A stretch of DNA of 64,000 nt from contig NIVC01000077.1 of NCBI GenBank assembly GCA_002269645.1, positions 186,001 through 250,000 of the forward strand, given 5' to 3'. The position numbers were made by a program, and so were the translations under genes. Below, piece after piece: positions 30,721 to 44,600 of the stretch. Source of the DNA: Macrostomum lignano (taxonomy: Eukaryota). The notes below the pieces were generated by a model. That model saw nothing but the letters and a program-made list of their open reading frames with translations, was not told the DNA's origin and made no database searches. Position 1 is the first letter of the stretch. The number at the start of each line of letters is the position of its first letter.

Positions 30721-32301
30721 AAGTATAAGGTATTGCAGGCTTTTCAGTGAGTGCTTAATTGTTGATTTTTTCTTGTTAGCTAAATCAATGGCCTTGTTCA
30801 ATTTCTACAACACAGTGGATGCAAGAAATATAGGACCGCATTTTTATGCCAGGAGAAAAAATGTGTCACTTTTATATGACAATGTCCATTGTGTCATATA
30901 TGCTGATATGTGCTGAAAACTGGCAAATACCATTGTTATATCATGGGAAATCCTAGCATACATGTTACTTTCCAAACTATATAGTTAATGTAAAAATCTA
31001 AAATATATAACATATATTATATATTAAATATATAATATTAAATTTATATTAAATTTATCTAAATATATAATGATTCCTGAATTTGAATATAAAAATATAA
31101 GTTCTAGGCTAGACAGAGGCCTAACTGTAGTTTAATTTATAATTGAAAATCATATCTTATATAAAGTAGCCTTTATAAGTTCAAATCATACAAATTTCTA
31201 TTCAAATTCAAATTCTTAATTGGGTAAAATAGTTCTTGTGGTTCATAAAGATAAGACTATAGAATTTCTAGAAGCCACATGTGCAGAGGTATAAAAAGGC
31301 CATTGACTAATATAAAACAACCTGAATATTCAAGTTTTAACTATAGTGCTAGGGCCCATAGTTCTATTGCATATACTTCTAGTACTTCATTTCAGTAAAG
31401 GCTTCAAAAACTATAGATCAGTCTGTTTTACCTAATAATATGAATAAAAAAATCATAAATTAAAGAGAAAAAGATAGTAAATAAAAGTTTATATGTGCAT
31501 ATTCTATTCATTATACTTATTATAGCTTAATATTTTGTTTTACATTTTTTATTTAGTTATAGGCCTACTAAAAAGCTAGGCTGCTATATTTTGCTTCTAT
31601 TATCTTTATTACTATTATCTTCTATATTTTTATTATCCATTTTTTAATTCATGAGCTGTTTTAATAATAAAGTTATCCAAATGACAAGACATCAATATAA
31701 AGCATCCAATAAGTTGGTTAAAAAGAAGAAGACAAGCAAGTATATTTTGCCTTCCCTGAAGAAAAGTGTTCACCTAAAAAGGACAAGCAATGGGACTTTG
31801 ATATCAAAGAATAGTATTCCTGGCAATATTGGTCAAAATAAAGTTTCTTTGCTAATGTCTAAGAGCTTCCTTCTTGCCCATGATCATATTCTAATGTAAG
31901 TATATTAATTCATTTACATGTGAACTAAGTTTTTAGTGTTTGAATGAAATCCTGGGTTCAAAGTCATTTTGTGTCATGGAAAATTGTTGCAAAAACGAGC
32001 ATAGCTCGTATGAAAATGATAAATAATAAGTTAATCATGCAGTCCATCCTATAGATCTGTTGATGATTCAATTTAGCTTCCACACTCATCTTTACTGATA
32101 CCTTCAATCTATGGAACTGTTGATGACTCGTTTTGGTTTTTCTCTCTTATGCAGTACTGTCCAATCTATAGATTTGTTTGATCTTGCCTTCCACTCTTAT
32201 CTCTTCTTTATACCTAAACTATATGTCTGTCCTTTTTATTCATAAGACGAAAATGTGAGCATGTCACTAAATTCCTGCTATTACCCACTTATATTTCACA
32301 G

Positions 32302-35300
32302 CATCCAGGGTGAGCACACGTTGCAGCAGCTGTCAGTTTCGCTAAAGAAACGAGGTTGTCCAGTATCCGACAGGGCCAGCTTGATTGAGGCCCTAGCTAG
32401 TCACCTGGGCAAGGCTTTGGAGTCGCGAGCTACTCAAATTCAGCCAGCTCAGACTAGCGCTTTTAGTGTGAGTGCTTGCTCATTAATATTTGAAATAGTA
32501 TTTAGAGTATGTGTTAAGACTCTTCTAGAATCCTTATATGCTCTTTTATTATTGCAGCACTGTATTGTACTTGGAATCAACCTTAACCCACTGACCTACT
32601 TCGCCGCAGTTGACAAGGGACCCAAGTTTGGCGCACCAGAGGTACACAGTTTACTTCCAAATTTTTATGCATTTTAAAATTTGGATTTATAAAAAGTGAT
32701 AAATCAATCAGTTTCGTATTGAACAGACTCGTACTTACTATCTAATGCTCTTTCTTTTCAAATCCTCACCAACCGATATGAGTCTCAATAACTCAGCATC
32801 TGATCTAGTTCTTAATAAGTAATACCTCATCTACAGAGCTCATCAACCGGTCTCAGTCTCAACTGCATCCTTATCAACCAGTCTCAGTCTCAACCTTATC
32901 CTCATCAACCAGTCTCAGTCTCAACCTCATCCTCATCAACCAGTCTCAGTCTCAACCTCATCCTCATCAACCAGTCTCAGTCTCAACCTCATCCTCATCA
33001 ACCAGTCTCAGTCTCAACCTCATCCTCATGAACCGGTTTCAACCGCATCCTCGTCAATCGGTCTCAACCGTGTCCTCATTCCTCATCAACCAGTCCCAGT
33101 CTCAACCACATCCTCATTCCTCATCAACCAGTCTCAGTCTCAACCTCATCCTCATGAACCGGTCTCAACCGCATCCTCATCAACCGGTAACGCGCTAAAA
33201 CGGGCACTCTCATCCAGGCCGCTGAGTTCCGCCAATTCTGGTCGGGAAAATCCGAGCTTCGGCACGCCGGGGGCGAAGTCCGGGAGACGTTGGTATGGCG
33301 TGGCAGCCACGTTACCCAGAGAGTCATCGACTGGGTGTTGCGCAAGCAGCTGAGCTGTCGGCCCGGCCAGTACCGCCAGCTTCACTGCCAGCTGCGGCCA
33401 CTGCTGCAGCCGGCGAAACGCCATCATTCTGTGTGGTCGTCGGCTATATCTGACCTGAACGCATCACTGGCTGAGCTGTCTAGTCGCCTTACTGCCATCG
33501 GCTCGTCTGCTATGCCGCTCAGCGTCAATGGCCTTCTAGCTGTGGCTCCGGCTTTCCGAGGCGCCTGTTTACTGCCGCCAGGATGGGGCGGGCGCGCCAA
33601 GCAAAACCAGCTAGTGCACGAGTGCCACCTGCAGTTGGAGGCCAGCGGCAAGTGGCCCACGCTGCTTGGACCATTCCGGGCGATGAAAACGCTGTTTTGT
33701 TTGCGCTTAGCTCAGGTGAGAAATCTGTTCGATTCTGATTAATTATTCGATAAATCTAGAGCAAGACAATAGACAAGAAAGATAGGTGCATTCGTGCAAA
33801 ATTTGAATTTGCATTTGTGCTACATGTAGCGCTTGTACTGGGTGCAAATTCAGTAGATGAAAGAATAATCCATGCAAATACGAGATACATAATTAAACCG
33901 TAGATGGGCGACTTATTTTAACCTTTGCATCTGCTGTCTACTTAAAGGCATTCAGTAGCGATCCTTTCTATTCCTTCATCCATGGAACAGACTAAAAGGA
34001 TATTTTCTTTGCCCCGCGTAGCGACTGACTGACCTATCTTAGCCATGGAAGAGGGGAAATAAAAGTACAGTTTAAAATACACTTAAAACACCTTGGTATT
34101 ACCACAGACTAAAGTGGCGAGAAGTAATTTTTTTTGAACGCGGGCAGGAATCTGTTCCGTGCCATGGATGAAGGAAAAGAAAGGATCGCTCATCTGAAAG
34201 CGAGTCTATGGCCAAAACCTACTAAAAATTGGGATATTCCCCCCCCCATGAATTTCATTGGCTGCTGGAATTTAATAATAGTCCCCCCCTAATTTCTTAC
34301 TGGCCTAAGCTTGTACGAGGGGGAATTCTAAAGTCACGATTAGCAGGCATACTAGGCTGTAGTATAATAAACATAGATAACTTTTTTTCTTGTTTTAAAC
34401 GCTAATTTCTTTCCCCTAAGCCGTCATGGCCTAGAGGAAGAAGGCAATTATAGATGTCTAGCCAACGTACATGCAACAAGAGCTTTTTTTGTTCTGTGAT
34501 TAAGTTATTTTCGTCTAAAGCTAAATGGCCAAGCGCTACTGCGCTGCTCAGGACTGCTCGTCTAAGACTGGTGACAGAAATGAGGACGGCAGCAAGGTTA
34601 GTATTTTTTTACTTTCCTATTAAGTCAAGCCAGCAGCTCTCCATTTGGCCATCGAGCATAAAGACTAGTCCAAAGTTTACGCCAACGCGAAATACTGTGC
34701 TGTGCGACAAACATTTTTCTCCAGACTCATACTCGTTGTTATCTCAAGGGTCTTTCGCCAATGGAAAGAGAAAAAACCTAACCCTGGCGCAATACCAATA
34801 CAATACCCAGCTACGCTGCAGCTTCTTTGTTATATGCAAGTTAGTCAGAAAAATAACGAAAAAAATTGACTATTTTTTAAACAAACATTTCTTCATAACT
34901 ATTTCCAACTTTGCCACTTAAAAAGTATCGGCTTTTTTCTTTTAATTTTAGCATAGAGGATCAGCAAGTAAAGGTTTTCCATTCGAATATGGTTCTAAAA
35001 AGCTACGAAAAGTAACTTGACATTTTTACTTTTCACTTGTCTAACTTCCCCCTCATTTCTTCAAAGTTCAATCGCCTTATGCTTAGTTGTCTTGTTTCTC
35101 AACTTTTGCAACAATTTGTTATTTGTTTCAATCACTGCCTCCTTCAATTCTCTCTACATAATCAGTCAAGTACAAAAAATACAAACTAACAGCCGGTCTA
35201 TCAAGAGGCAAAATTTGTTTACCAGGCAAAAGAGCGCAAATGTCATTTCAGGCCATGTTACTTGTATGTCTTTAAAATAGTAAATAGTGCATTCTTTTCC

Positions 35301-38300
35301 TATGCGCGTTAATCCGTGACTTTTGAATTCCCCTCGTACAAGCTTCAGCCAGTAAGAACTTAGGGGGGACTATTATTAAATTCCATCAGCCAATAAAATT
35401 CATGAGGGGAATATCCCAATTTTAAGGAAGTCTTGGCCATAGACTCGCTTTCAGATGAGCGATCCTTTCTATTCCTTCATCCATGTTCCGTGCCCACTAG
35501 TTTCGTCTATGGTTAGTGCCTTGTGGCGACCTCAAAATGATGAGACCATGGATTTTCAGACAGTAATGAGACTCAACGATACTGAGATTTCCCTGATTCC
35601 TGCCCATAGACAGAATTATTAGTTCACGTGTACAAATTGCATGAGTCTTAAAGCTTCCATCCTTATTGGCAGTTAATTACCATACACAGACGGTTTGCCA
35701 ATCAGACAGGGTTCTGAAATCCCCAGTTTGTGAAACCCTAACTGAATCACCCAAGGTAGTAAGCGAAACCATATGAGAATCACAATGGACAGGAATCCCA
35801 GGGTAGTAAGGGAAAACCATATGAGAATCACAATGGACAGGAATCCCAGGGTAGTAAGGGAAAACCATATGAGAATCACAATGGACAGGAATCCCAGGGT
35901 AGTAAGGGAAAACCATATGAGAATCACAATGGACAGGTATCCCAGGGTAGTAAGCGAAACCATATGAGAATCACAATGGACAGGAATCCCAGGGTAGTAA
36001 GGGAAAACCATATGAGAATCACAATGTACAGGTATCCCAGGGTAGTAAGCGAAACCATATGAGAATCACAATGGACAGGAATCCCAGGGTAGTAAGGGAA
36101 AACCATATGAGAATCACAATGTACAGGTATCCCAGGGTAGTAAGCGAAACCATATGAGAATCACAATGGACAGGAATCCCAGGGTAGTAAGGGAAAACCA
36201 TATGAGAATCACAATGTACAGGTATCCCAGGGTAGTAAGCGAAACCATATGAGAATCACAATGGACAGGAATCCCAGGGTAGTAAGGGAAAACCATATGA
36301 GAATCACAATGGACAGGAATCCCAGGGTAGTAAGGGAAAACCATATGAGAATTACAATGGACAGGGATCCCAGGGTAGTAAGGGATATCCATATGAGAAT
36401 TACAATGGACAGGGATCCCAGGGTAGTAAGGGAAAACCATATGAGAATTACAATGGACAGGAATCCCAGGGTAGTAAGGGAAAACCATATGAGAATCACA
36501 ATGGACAGGAATCCCAGGGTAGTAAGGGAAAACCATATGAGAATCACAATGGACAGGAATCCCAGGGTAGTAAGGGAAAACCATATGAGAATCACAATGG
36601 ACAGGAATCCCAGGGTAGTAAGGGAAAACCATATGAGAATCACAATGGACAGGAATCCCAGGGTAGTAAGGGAAAACCATATGAGAATTACAATGGACAG
36701 GGATCCCAGGGTAGTAAGGGAAAACCATATGAGAATTACAATGGACAGGGATCCCAGGGTAGTAAGGGAAAACCATATGAGAATCACAATGGACAGGAAT
36801 CCCAGGGTAGTAAGGGAAAACCATATGAGAATTACAATGGACAGGGATCCCAGGGTAGTAAGGGAAAACCATATGAGAATTACAATGGACAGGGATCCCA
36901 GGGTAGTAAGGGAAAACCATATGAGAATCACAATGGACAGGTATCCCAGGGTAGTAAGGGAAAACCATATGAGAATCACAATGGACAGGTATCCCAGGGT
37001 AGTAAGCGAAACCATATGAGAATCACAATGGACAGGAATCCCAGGGTAGTAAGGGAAAACCATATGAGAATCACAATGGACAGGTATCCCAGGGTAGTAA
37101 GGGAAAACCATATGAGAATTACAATGGACAGGGATCCCAGGGTAGTAAGGGAAAACCATATGAGAATCACAATGGACAGGGATCCCAGGGTAGTAAGGGA
37201 AAAAACCATATGAGAATCACAATGGACAGGGATCCGATCGTGCTTCCCAGTGTCCCCCTGGGATTTCCTTTGCAAGAAGAACTTCAACTTATTTTCGTAG
37301 CAGGGTACCAGACAAATAATAAGGAAAAAAAATTTAAAATATTAAGGAAAAAATAAATGCCACAAATCCTACCAGCACTAAAATCCACCAATGATGCTCT
37401 ACCTATCACACTAATTACTCAACAACATCGCAGACCATGCGTTCTCGTCTGCCTCGAACCGAGGCCAGCGAAATTATCGCCTGCCGCTCCGGCGTCCTGG
37501 TCACCTGGCGTAGGCGGCACAGATTCTACCTGAGATTGGCCCTGCCAAAAGAGGCCGCATTAGCTAGGCAGGCAGGCCTGAGCTCTGGCCAGTCAACTGC
37601 TCAACAACAGCAGCAGCTGCTCATTCAAGCTGACTGCGCAGAGTCTCGTCAATTAGAACGCGAACTCGTGCTGCTTCCAGCTTTGGCTGGCGCACTTCGC
37701 GGCCTGACTAGCCAGCGGCCAACTCACGGAGAAACTGTCCGACTGTGCCTTCGCTGGCTGGCCGGACACATGCTGCTGAACACGGCTGTGGATGCTCTGG
37801 CTGTTGAACTGCTGTGCGCCTGGGTGGCCATCGATGCGTCACCCTGCTCGGCTTTGCGAGGCTTTTTATTATTCCTGCAGCTGCTGGCCAGGCACGACTT
37901 TGCGGTGAGAATTGAAATGTTCCTTTGTAGTGTATCTGCGCACCGCATGATCCTTTTATCAAGCTTCATTTCATTAAGAACGTTAATGGTGTCTTTACGA
38001 GTGTATCCTCCTTAATCTGAATATATAACGAGACGCTGATAGGTGCTGATAGATCCCGATGAATCCCGGGCTAACGAGTCCCGATCCTAAAGTTAATTAA
38101 TTCCGATCCTGAATCTAATTGGTTCCGATCCTGAAGCTAATGAATTCCGATCCTAGATCTAATTGGTTCCGATCCTGAAGCTACTGAGTTCCGATCCTGA
38201 AGCTACTGAGTCCTGATCCTGAAGCTAATGAATTCCAATCCTGAATCTTATGAGTCCCGATTCTGAAGCTCATGAGTCCCGATTCTGAATCTAATGAATC

Positions 38301-40578
38301 CGGATTCTTAATCTAATTCGTCCCGATCCTGAAGCTAATTAAAATTGTCTACTCATCTAAGGTTTTTTTCTATTTAAGGATACTCTTAGTAGTGACAGTG
38401 GTGCCACCAGAAATCTATTGAGGGGCGGATTCTGGAGGGTAAAGACCCCAAGGGGCGGAGGGGGCGACTTTGTATTGTGGCAAAAATGCACTTGGTCCCC
38501 CTTTGATTTTCTTCAGGTCGCCTAACGGAGGGCAACAACCCCCCTCCCGCCTCCCCCTGGGTGCACCCCTGCTTAGTGACATTTTTAATCTAAACTAAAT
38601 TAAACATCAATCATAATAAATGAAATCGCTTTTTGCAACCTAAATGTAATAGCGAATGTCTGTGAAATTAACTGTCAAAGCCAACTAGCAGGGAGAAATG
38701 GTCTAACAACTCAATAGGCTTTCAAAAAGACTGAAACTCCTAGATTCTTTTTATTTAAAATCATTAGAAAGACTTTTGGGTCCCTGTGAAAGGGTGCTTG
38801 CGTACGGCTGTTCAGTCCAAGGACGGGGGGTCGCCAAACCCTTAATTATCCCAGCTAATGCTGATACCTGTTTTACACTTTTACAGATGGGTGAACTGAA
38901 GCAATGCAGAGTTAAGTGTCTTGCTTAAGGATACAATTGTTCAGAATGGGCCGAGAATCGAATCCCGAGCTTTCGATCGTGAGTCCGACGCTCAAACCAC
39001 TAAGCTTCTCCTCACCTAATGGGGATTTTTAAGTGCTTAGAAACCAGTGTAGTATTCATAGTTTGGACAATGATTTCGAATTATTATCTCAAGATCGAGA
39101 AAGCAATCAAGTACAGATGTAAATGTACATCTGTGTACTGCGTACGTATCCGTGGATGTGCGTACATTTATATATGCCCTTTCTATTGTACTCCAGCAGA
39201 GAGGACATAGCAGCTCAGCGGTAAACGCGTCTGAGTCTCGCGTCACTACCGCTTGTTCGACCCCCGTGCGCGCGCACAATAATTTGGGCCTTAGTGCAAA
39301 AAATTGGCCTAGGACCTCATGGGACGCTTAGAAAGTTAGGGCCGTTGTACACCCTTTGTGAGCGTGTGTGTAAGTGCGTGTCTGCGGGCAGTATCCCAGC
39401 GATTGTATGTGCTCAGGACAATGTCGCCAAAGGCCTTGCACAAGGGCCACAACCCTTCTACAAATGTTTATTTTTAATATATTGTTACCCAGCACTCTCA
39501 ATTTTCTCTTAATTGTCCAGCAACAACCGCTGATTGTCAATCTGAACGAGTCCCTGAGCGGCGCCGATCGAGCGAGCATCGAGGCCGACTTTCGCAAGCG
39601 CCGGCGCCACCTACCAGCCATGTTCATCGCCTGCCCGCAGGACCGGACAGAGTCCATGCTCACCACCGCCCGGCCGGACACCCAACTGCTCGGCCGGCTT
39701 CAGCGGTGCGCTCGGGCCGCTCTGGCCGCCTTCGAGACCCGTCTGGCCAGTCCTAGGTCTGAGCTGCTTTCTGCGGCCTCTATGGCCGGCGTTTTTCGAT
39801 CGGCGCCAGACTCTTTTGACGCTCTGCTTCATCTGGCGCCGCAGCCGCCGCTTTCCGAGTGTGCGCTTGACCGACTGGCCGACGCCGAGTTGCAGCAAGA
39901 CTGTGACGAGTCGGACATCGCGGAGGTCGGCTCCGTATTTAATAGTCCAGGTTTTCACTGGGTTGAGCGGCTGGTGCTCAGGCTGACAGCTGCTCACGGG
40001 CAGGCGGCTTACTTTCTGGCCGATTGCTACGGCGGGCGCTGTATCGGCGTCCTGCTGCGTCAGCACTGCGGCGGCGGTGTTGACCTGAGCCAGCAGGCTG
40101 TGGCTTGGCTTGACACAGCCGGGCCGGGACTTGTGGCTAGAGTTGAGCTGTTCCCAAAGAATGCTGGATCCGATAAGGATGGTAAGTTTTATTAAATTTA
40201 ATGTTTAAACTTGTAGAGCTATGATATACTGGCCTATTGCTCCGCATAAAGCATTTTGAAGGTTTGCGGTTAACGCCAAGATAGAAAGAATTCGTTTTTC
40301 TTTGTGTACACGGAGGGCGTGTTATACAGTGCGACCAGAGAGCATGACTAAAAATTGACTGCCGACGATTTAGATTAGGGTAGGGTTTAGGCTTAGGGTT
40401 AGGATCGGCAGTCAATCTGTGGAAGTCAAAAGGCTGGCAGTTGAATTTATACGGCAGAAGTCCAAGTTGATGCACAAAAAGCAGGCCATATAGGGTTCAA
40501 TCTAATTGATCTCTACGATTTTTCCTTACGATATTTTCCACTAACCCCATTACAGCTGCTGGTTCAACTGAAGCCTGA
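32302..40578 (+). CDS. NOL6: Nucleolar protein 6 (Nrap/Utp22), 3' exons: 32302-32467, 32558-32641, 33218-33715, 37434-37904, 39521-40181, 40556-40578
   Basis: DKGP..PE/AAEFRQFW..KSELR, LEASGKWP, RLCLRWL..ELLCA..GFL.FL.LL, PLIVNLN..LPAMFI; GT-AG boundaries keep the frame. Confidence 0.88.
32836..33185. repeat. 31-bp intronic minisatellite
   Basis: Unit CTCATCAACCAGTCTCAGTCTCAACCTCATC. Confidence 0.9.
34163..35485 (+). mobile_element. Non-autonomous P-element-family transposon with THAP remnant
   Basis: TIR CATGGATGAAGGAA.. (>50 bp near-perfect, ~190 bp imperfect); 8-bp TSD TTCCGTGC; FFYFP..W..LCDKHFSPDSY THAP-like reading at ~34600-34735. Confidence 0.88.
35750..37234. repeat. 48-bp intronic minisatellite (47-bp variants)
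   Basis: Unit AAACCATATGAGAATCACAATGGACAGGAATCCCAGGGTAGTAAGGGA. Confidence 0.95.
38052..38340. repeat. Degenerate ~21-bp tandem repeat
   Basis: Recurrent CCGATCCTGAAGCTAATGA.T. Confidence 0.75.
38396..38571. mobile_element. hAT-type MITE
   Basis: Imperfect TIR CAGTGGTGCCACCAG/CTGGGTGCACCCCTG; degenerate 8-bp TSD (..TAGTGA). Confidence 0.6.
38780..39016 (-). mobile_element. tRNA-derived SINE with CORE-like domain
   Basis: A box TAGTGGTTTGAG and B box GGATTCGATTCTC, then CCTTAAGCAAGACACTTAAC..CTTCAGTTCACCCATCTGTAAAA resembling the MIR CORE. Confidence 0.72.
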
Positions 40579-41661
40579 TTTGTGTCCCGTGACCTGACGC
40601 TAGCGTAACAATATGACATTGTGGAATTGTACGCTGTCTGGCATTTGTTTGATCCTATTGAGTGTTTAAATAAATTGTCGTACTTGTGCGTTAATAAAAT
40701 TTTGCTTTTGAACTTCTTTCTTGCTTGCTATTTATTTTAATCGACTGTATATTATTTAGTAATGTAGTCTTATGTATATTCTTAAATTTGATTTGACATC
40801 AATTACATAGAGGCATTAACGACTATATACGATTTAGTCATATTGCAAGGTAGGGGTTGACTAAATCTTAATGAGTTAGCCTATTACTCTGAAAAATCAT
40901 GGCTGCATTGTTATGGCTCTCTCTATCAATTAACATGATGTGGCACTATCCTATATATTCTACCTAAATATTGTTGCATGAAAATTGAATGGGAGGTGCC
41001 CTTGTAATGTTTAAAACAGTAAGATCTGTCAGCTAAAGATTCAACACTTTACTGGATCTTATCAGTTATAACCTTTTGTCATTAGAATCGTTTAACAAAT
41101 CTATGCAAATATTATCTAGACATTAATTAGTGGTTTCAATGATAATTGGGTCGTAACTACAATCCTACGTTTGGCTTCGATTTTAAAAGGCTAAAAATAA
41201 ATTTTCAATATTAATTCAATTACTGATTGACATCAGCCAATTTAATTATAACAGAGAACATAAGCAATGCAGGCAAAATTAAAAAGTTACAAAGAAGTTG
41301 AATAATACGACTTTAAGTAAATACTATTTAAATTCTTATTTGAATAGGCTCTACAAGGAATATGTGAACTATAAACCAATACATTAATTCCTTATATTTA
41401 CTATCACTATGAACCTACAGGTCAGTCTGTTCTTGCTAATGCGAGCTTACTAACTTGGTATAAACAATGTAAACAATGAGTCCACATTTGACTGCCGACC
41501 CTAACTAAACCATCTATCGTGCTAATCAAGCTGATTGCCTAATTTTTTCGCTTTGTAACTAATATTTTTTATTAATAATTCAAGTATCCGCGTGAGTTAT
41601 TATTTGAAGATCGTTCATATTTATATTTTTGCAAAAAAACTTCAATGCATGCTTCTGATAA

Positions 41662-44600
41662 ATGAGTAGGGATCCATACTCTGTCCTGGCACGTAGCCAT
41701 TCTGGGCTGCTGACCAGTCCAAAGCTGCTAGCTGCATCACTGTTACTAACTGTGTCAGTCGTCTCTGTCAGCGGTGCCAATGACGCTGACTTGGTTTGCT
41801 CCGCCTGTCGTATAGTTGCTCGCCAGCTGCACCAGAATGTTGAAAGCGAAGCTAACGAAGGTCGCACAGTGGATTCTGGTAGCTTCCGGGTTGACTCCAA
41901 GGGCAATCAACGTGTCAATAAAGTCCCCTATGCTCGGTACGTTAGATTCTGGTTGGCTTGATTTAGGCTATGGATTCTCAAATATTTACGAATAGAAACT
42001 ATCCTGACACTATCCACCATATCAGTGCACTATCTCGACACTATCCATCATATCAGTGCACTATCCTGACACTATCCATCATATCAGTGTACTATCCTGA
42101 CACTATCCATCATATCAGTGCACTATCCTGACACTATCCACCATATCAGTGCACTATCCCGACACTACCCATCATATCAGTGCACTATCCCGACACTACG
42201 CTCGTATCCATCATATCAGTGCACTATCCTGACACTATCCACCATATCAGTGTACTATCCTGACACTATCCATCATATCAGTGCACTATCCTGACACTAT
42301 CCATCAAATCAGTGTACTATGCCGACACTATCCATCATATCAGTGTACTATCCTGACACTATCCATCATATCAGTGCACTATCCTGACACTATCCATCAT
42401 ATCAGTGCACTATCCTGACACTATCCACCATATCAGTGTACTATCCTGACACTATCCATCAAATCAGTGTACTATGCCGACACTATCCATCATATCAGTG
42501 TACTATCCTGACACTATCCATCATATCAGTGTACTATGCCGACACTATCCATCATATCAGTGCACTATCCTGACACTATCCATCATATCAGTGTACTATC
42601 CTGACACTATCCATCATATCAGTGCACTATCCTGACACTATCCATCATATCAGTGCACTATCTTGACACTATCCATCATATCAGTGCACTATGCCGACAC
42701 TATCCATCATATCAGTGTACTATCCTGACACTATCCATCATATCAGTGTACTATGCCGACACTATCCATCATATCAGTGCACTATCCTGACACTATCCAT
42801 CATATCAGTGTACTATCCTGACACTATCCATCATATCAGTGCACTATCCTGACACTATCCATCATATCAGTGCACTATCTTGACACTATCCATCATATCA
42901 GTGCACTATGCCGACACTATCCATCATATCAGTGCACTATCCTGACACTATCCATCATATCAGTGTACTATGCCGACACTATCCATCATATCAGTGCACT
43001 ATCCTGACACTATCCATCATATCAGTGCACTATCCTGACACTATCCATCATATCAGTGTACTATGCCGACACTATCCATCATATCAGTGCACTATCCTGA
43101 CACTATCCATCATATCAGTGCACTATCCTGACACTATCCATCATATCAGTGCACTATCCTGACACTATCCATCATATCAGTGCACTATCCTGACACTATC
43201 CATCATATCAGTGCACTATTCTGACACTATCCATCATATCAGTGTACTATCCTGACACTATCCATCATATCAGTGTACTATTCTGACACTATCCATCATA
43301 TCAGTGTACTATCCTGACACTATCCATCATATCAGTGCACTATCCTGACACTATCCATCATATCAGTGCACTATCCTGACACTATCCATCATATCAGTGT
43401 ACTATGCCGACACTATCCATCATATCAGTGCACTATCCTGACACTATCCATCATATCAGTGCACTATCCTGACACTATCCATCATATCAGTGCACTATCC
43501 CGACACTACGCTCGTATCCATCATATCAGTGCACTATCCTGACACTATCCATCATATCAGTGTACTATCCTGACACTATCCATCATATCAGTGCACTATC
43601 CCGACACTACGCTCGTATCCATCATATCAGTGCACTATCCTGACACTATCCATCATATCAGTGCCCTATCCTGACACTATCCATCATATCAGTGCACTAT
43701 CCTGACACTATCCATCATATCAGTGCACTATTCTGACACTATCCATCATATCAGTGTACTATCCTGACACTATCCATCAAATCAGTGTACTATCCCGACA
43801 CTATCCATCATATCAGTGTACTATCCTGACTATCCATCATATCAGTGCACTATCCTGACACTATCCATCATATCAGTGTACCATCCTGACTATCCATCAT
43901 ATCAGTGCACTATCCTGACACTATCCATCATATCAGTGTACTATCCTGACACTATCCATCATATCAGTGCACTATCCTGACACTATCCATCATATCAGTG
44001 CACTATCTTGACACTATCCATCATATCAGTGCACTATGCCGACACTATCCATCATATCAGTGCACTATCCTGACACTATCCATCATATCAGTGCACTATC
44101 CTGACACTATCCATCATATCAGTGCACTATCCTGACACTATCCATCATATCAGTGTACTATCCTGACACTATCCATCATATCAGTGTACTATGCCGACAC
44201 TATCCATCATATCAGTGCACTATCCTGACACTATCCATCATATCAGTGCACTATCCTGACACTATCCATCATATCAGTGCACTATCCTGACACTATCCAT
44301 CATATCAGTGCACTATTCTGACACTATCCATCATATCAGTGTACTATCCTGACACTATCCATCATATCAGTGCACTATCCCGACACTACGCTCGTATCCA
44401 TCATATCAGTGCACTATCCTGACACTATCCACCATATCAGTGTACTATCCTGACACTATCCATCATATCAGTGCACTATCCCGACACTACGCTCGTATCC
44501 ATCATATCAGTGCACTATCCTGACACTATCCATCATATCAGTGCACTATCCTGACACTATCCATCATATCAGTGCACTATCCTGACACTATCCATCATAT

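Noticed and set aside
35673-37287. Long repetitive ORFs on both strands
   Set aside because: Translations of a 48-bp intronic minisatellite
39205-39290. tRNA gene
   Set aside because: A- and B-box-like motifs are present but I could not build a convincing cloverleaf; more likely a SINE head or pseudo-tRNA
40370-40405. True telomere
   Set aside because: Short, degenerate, internal and intronic
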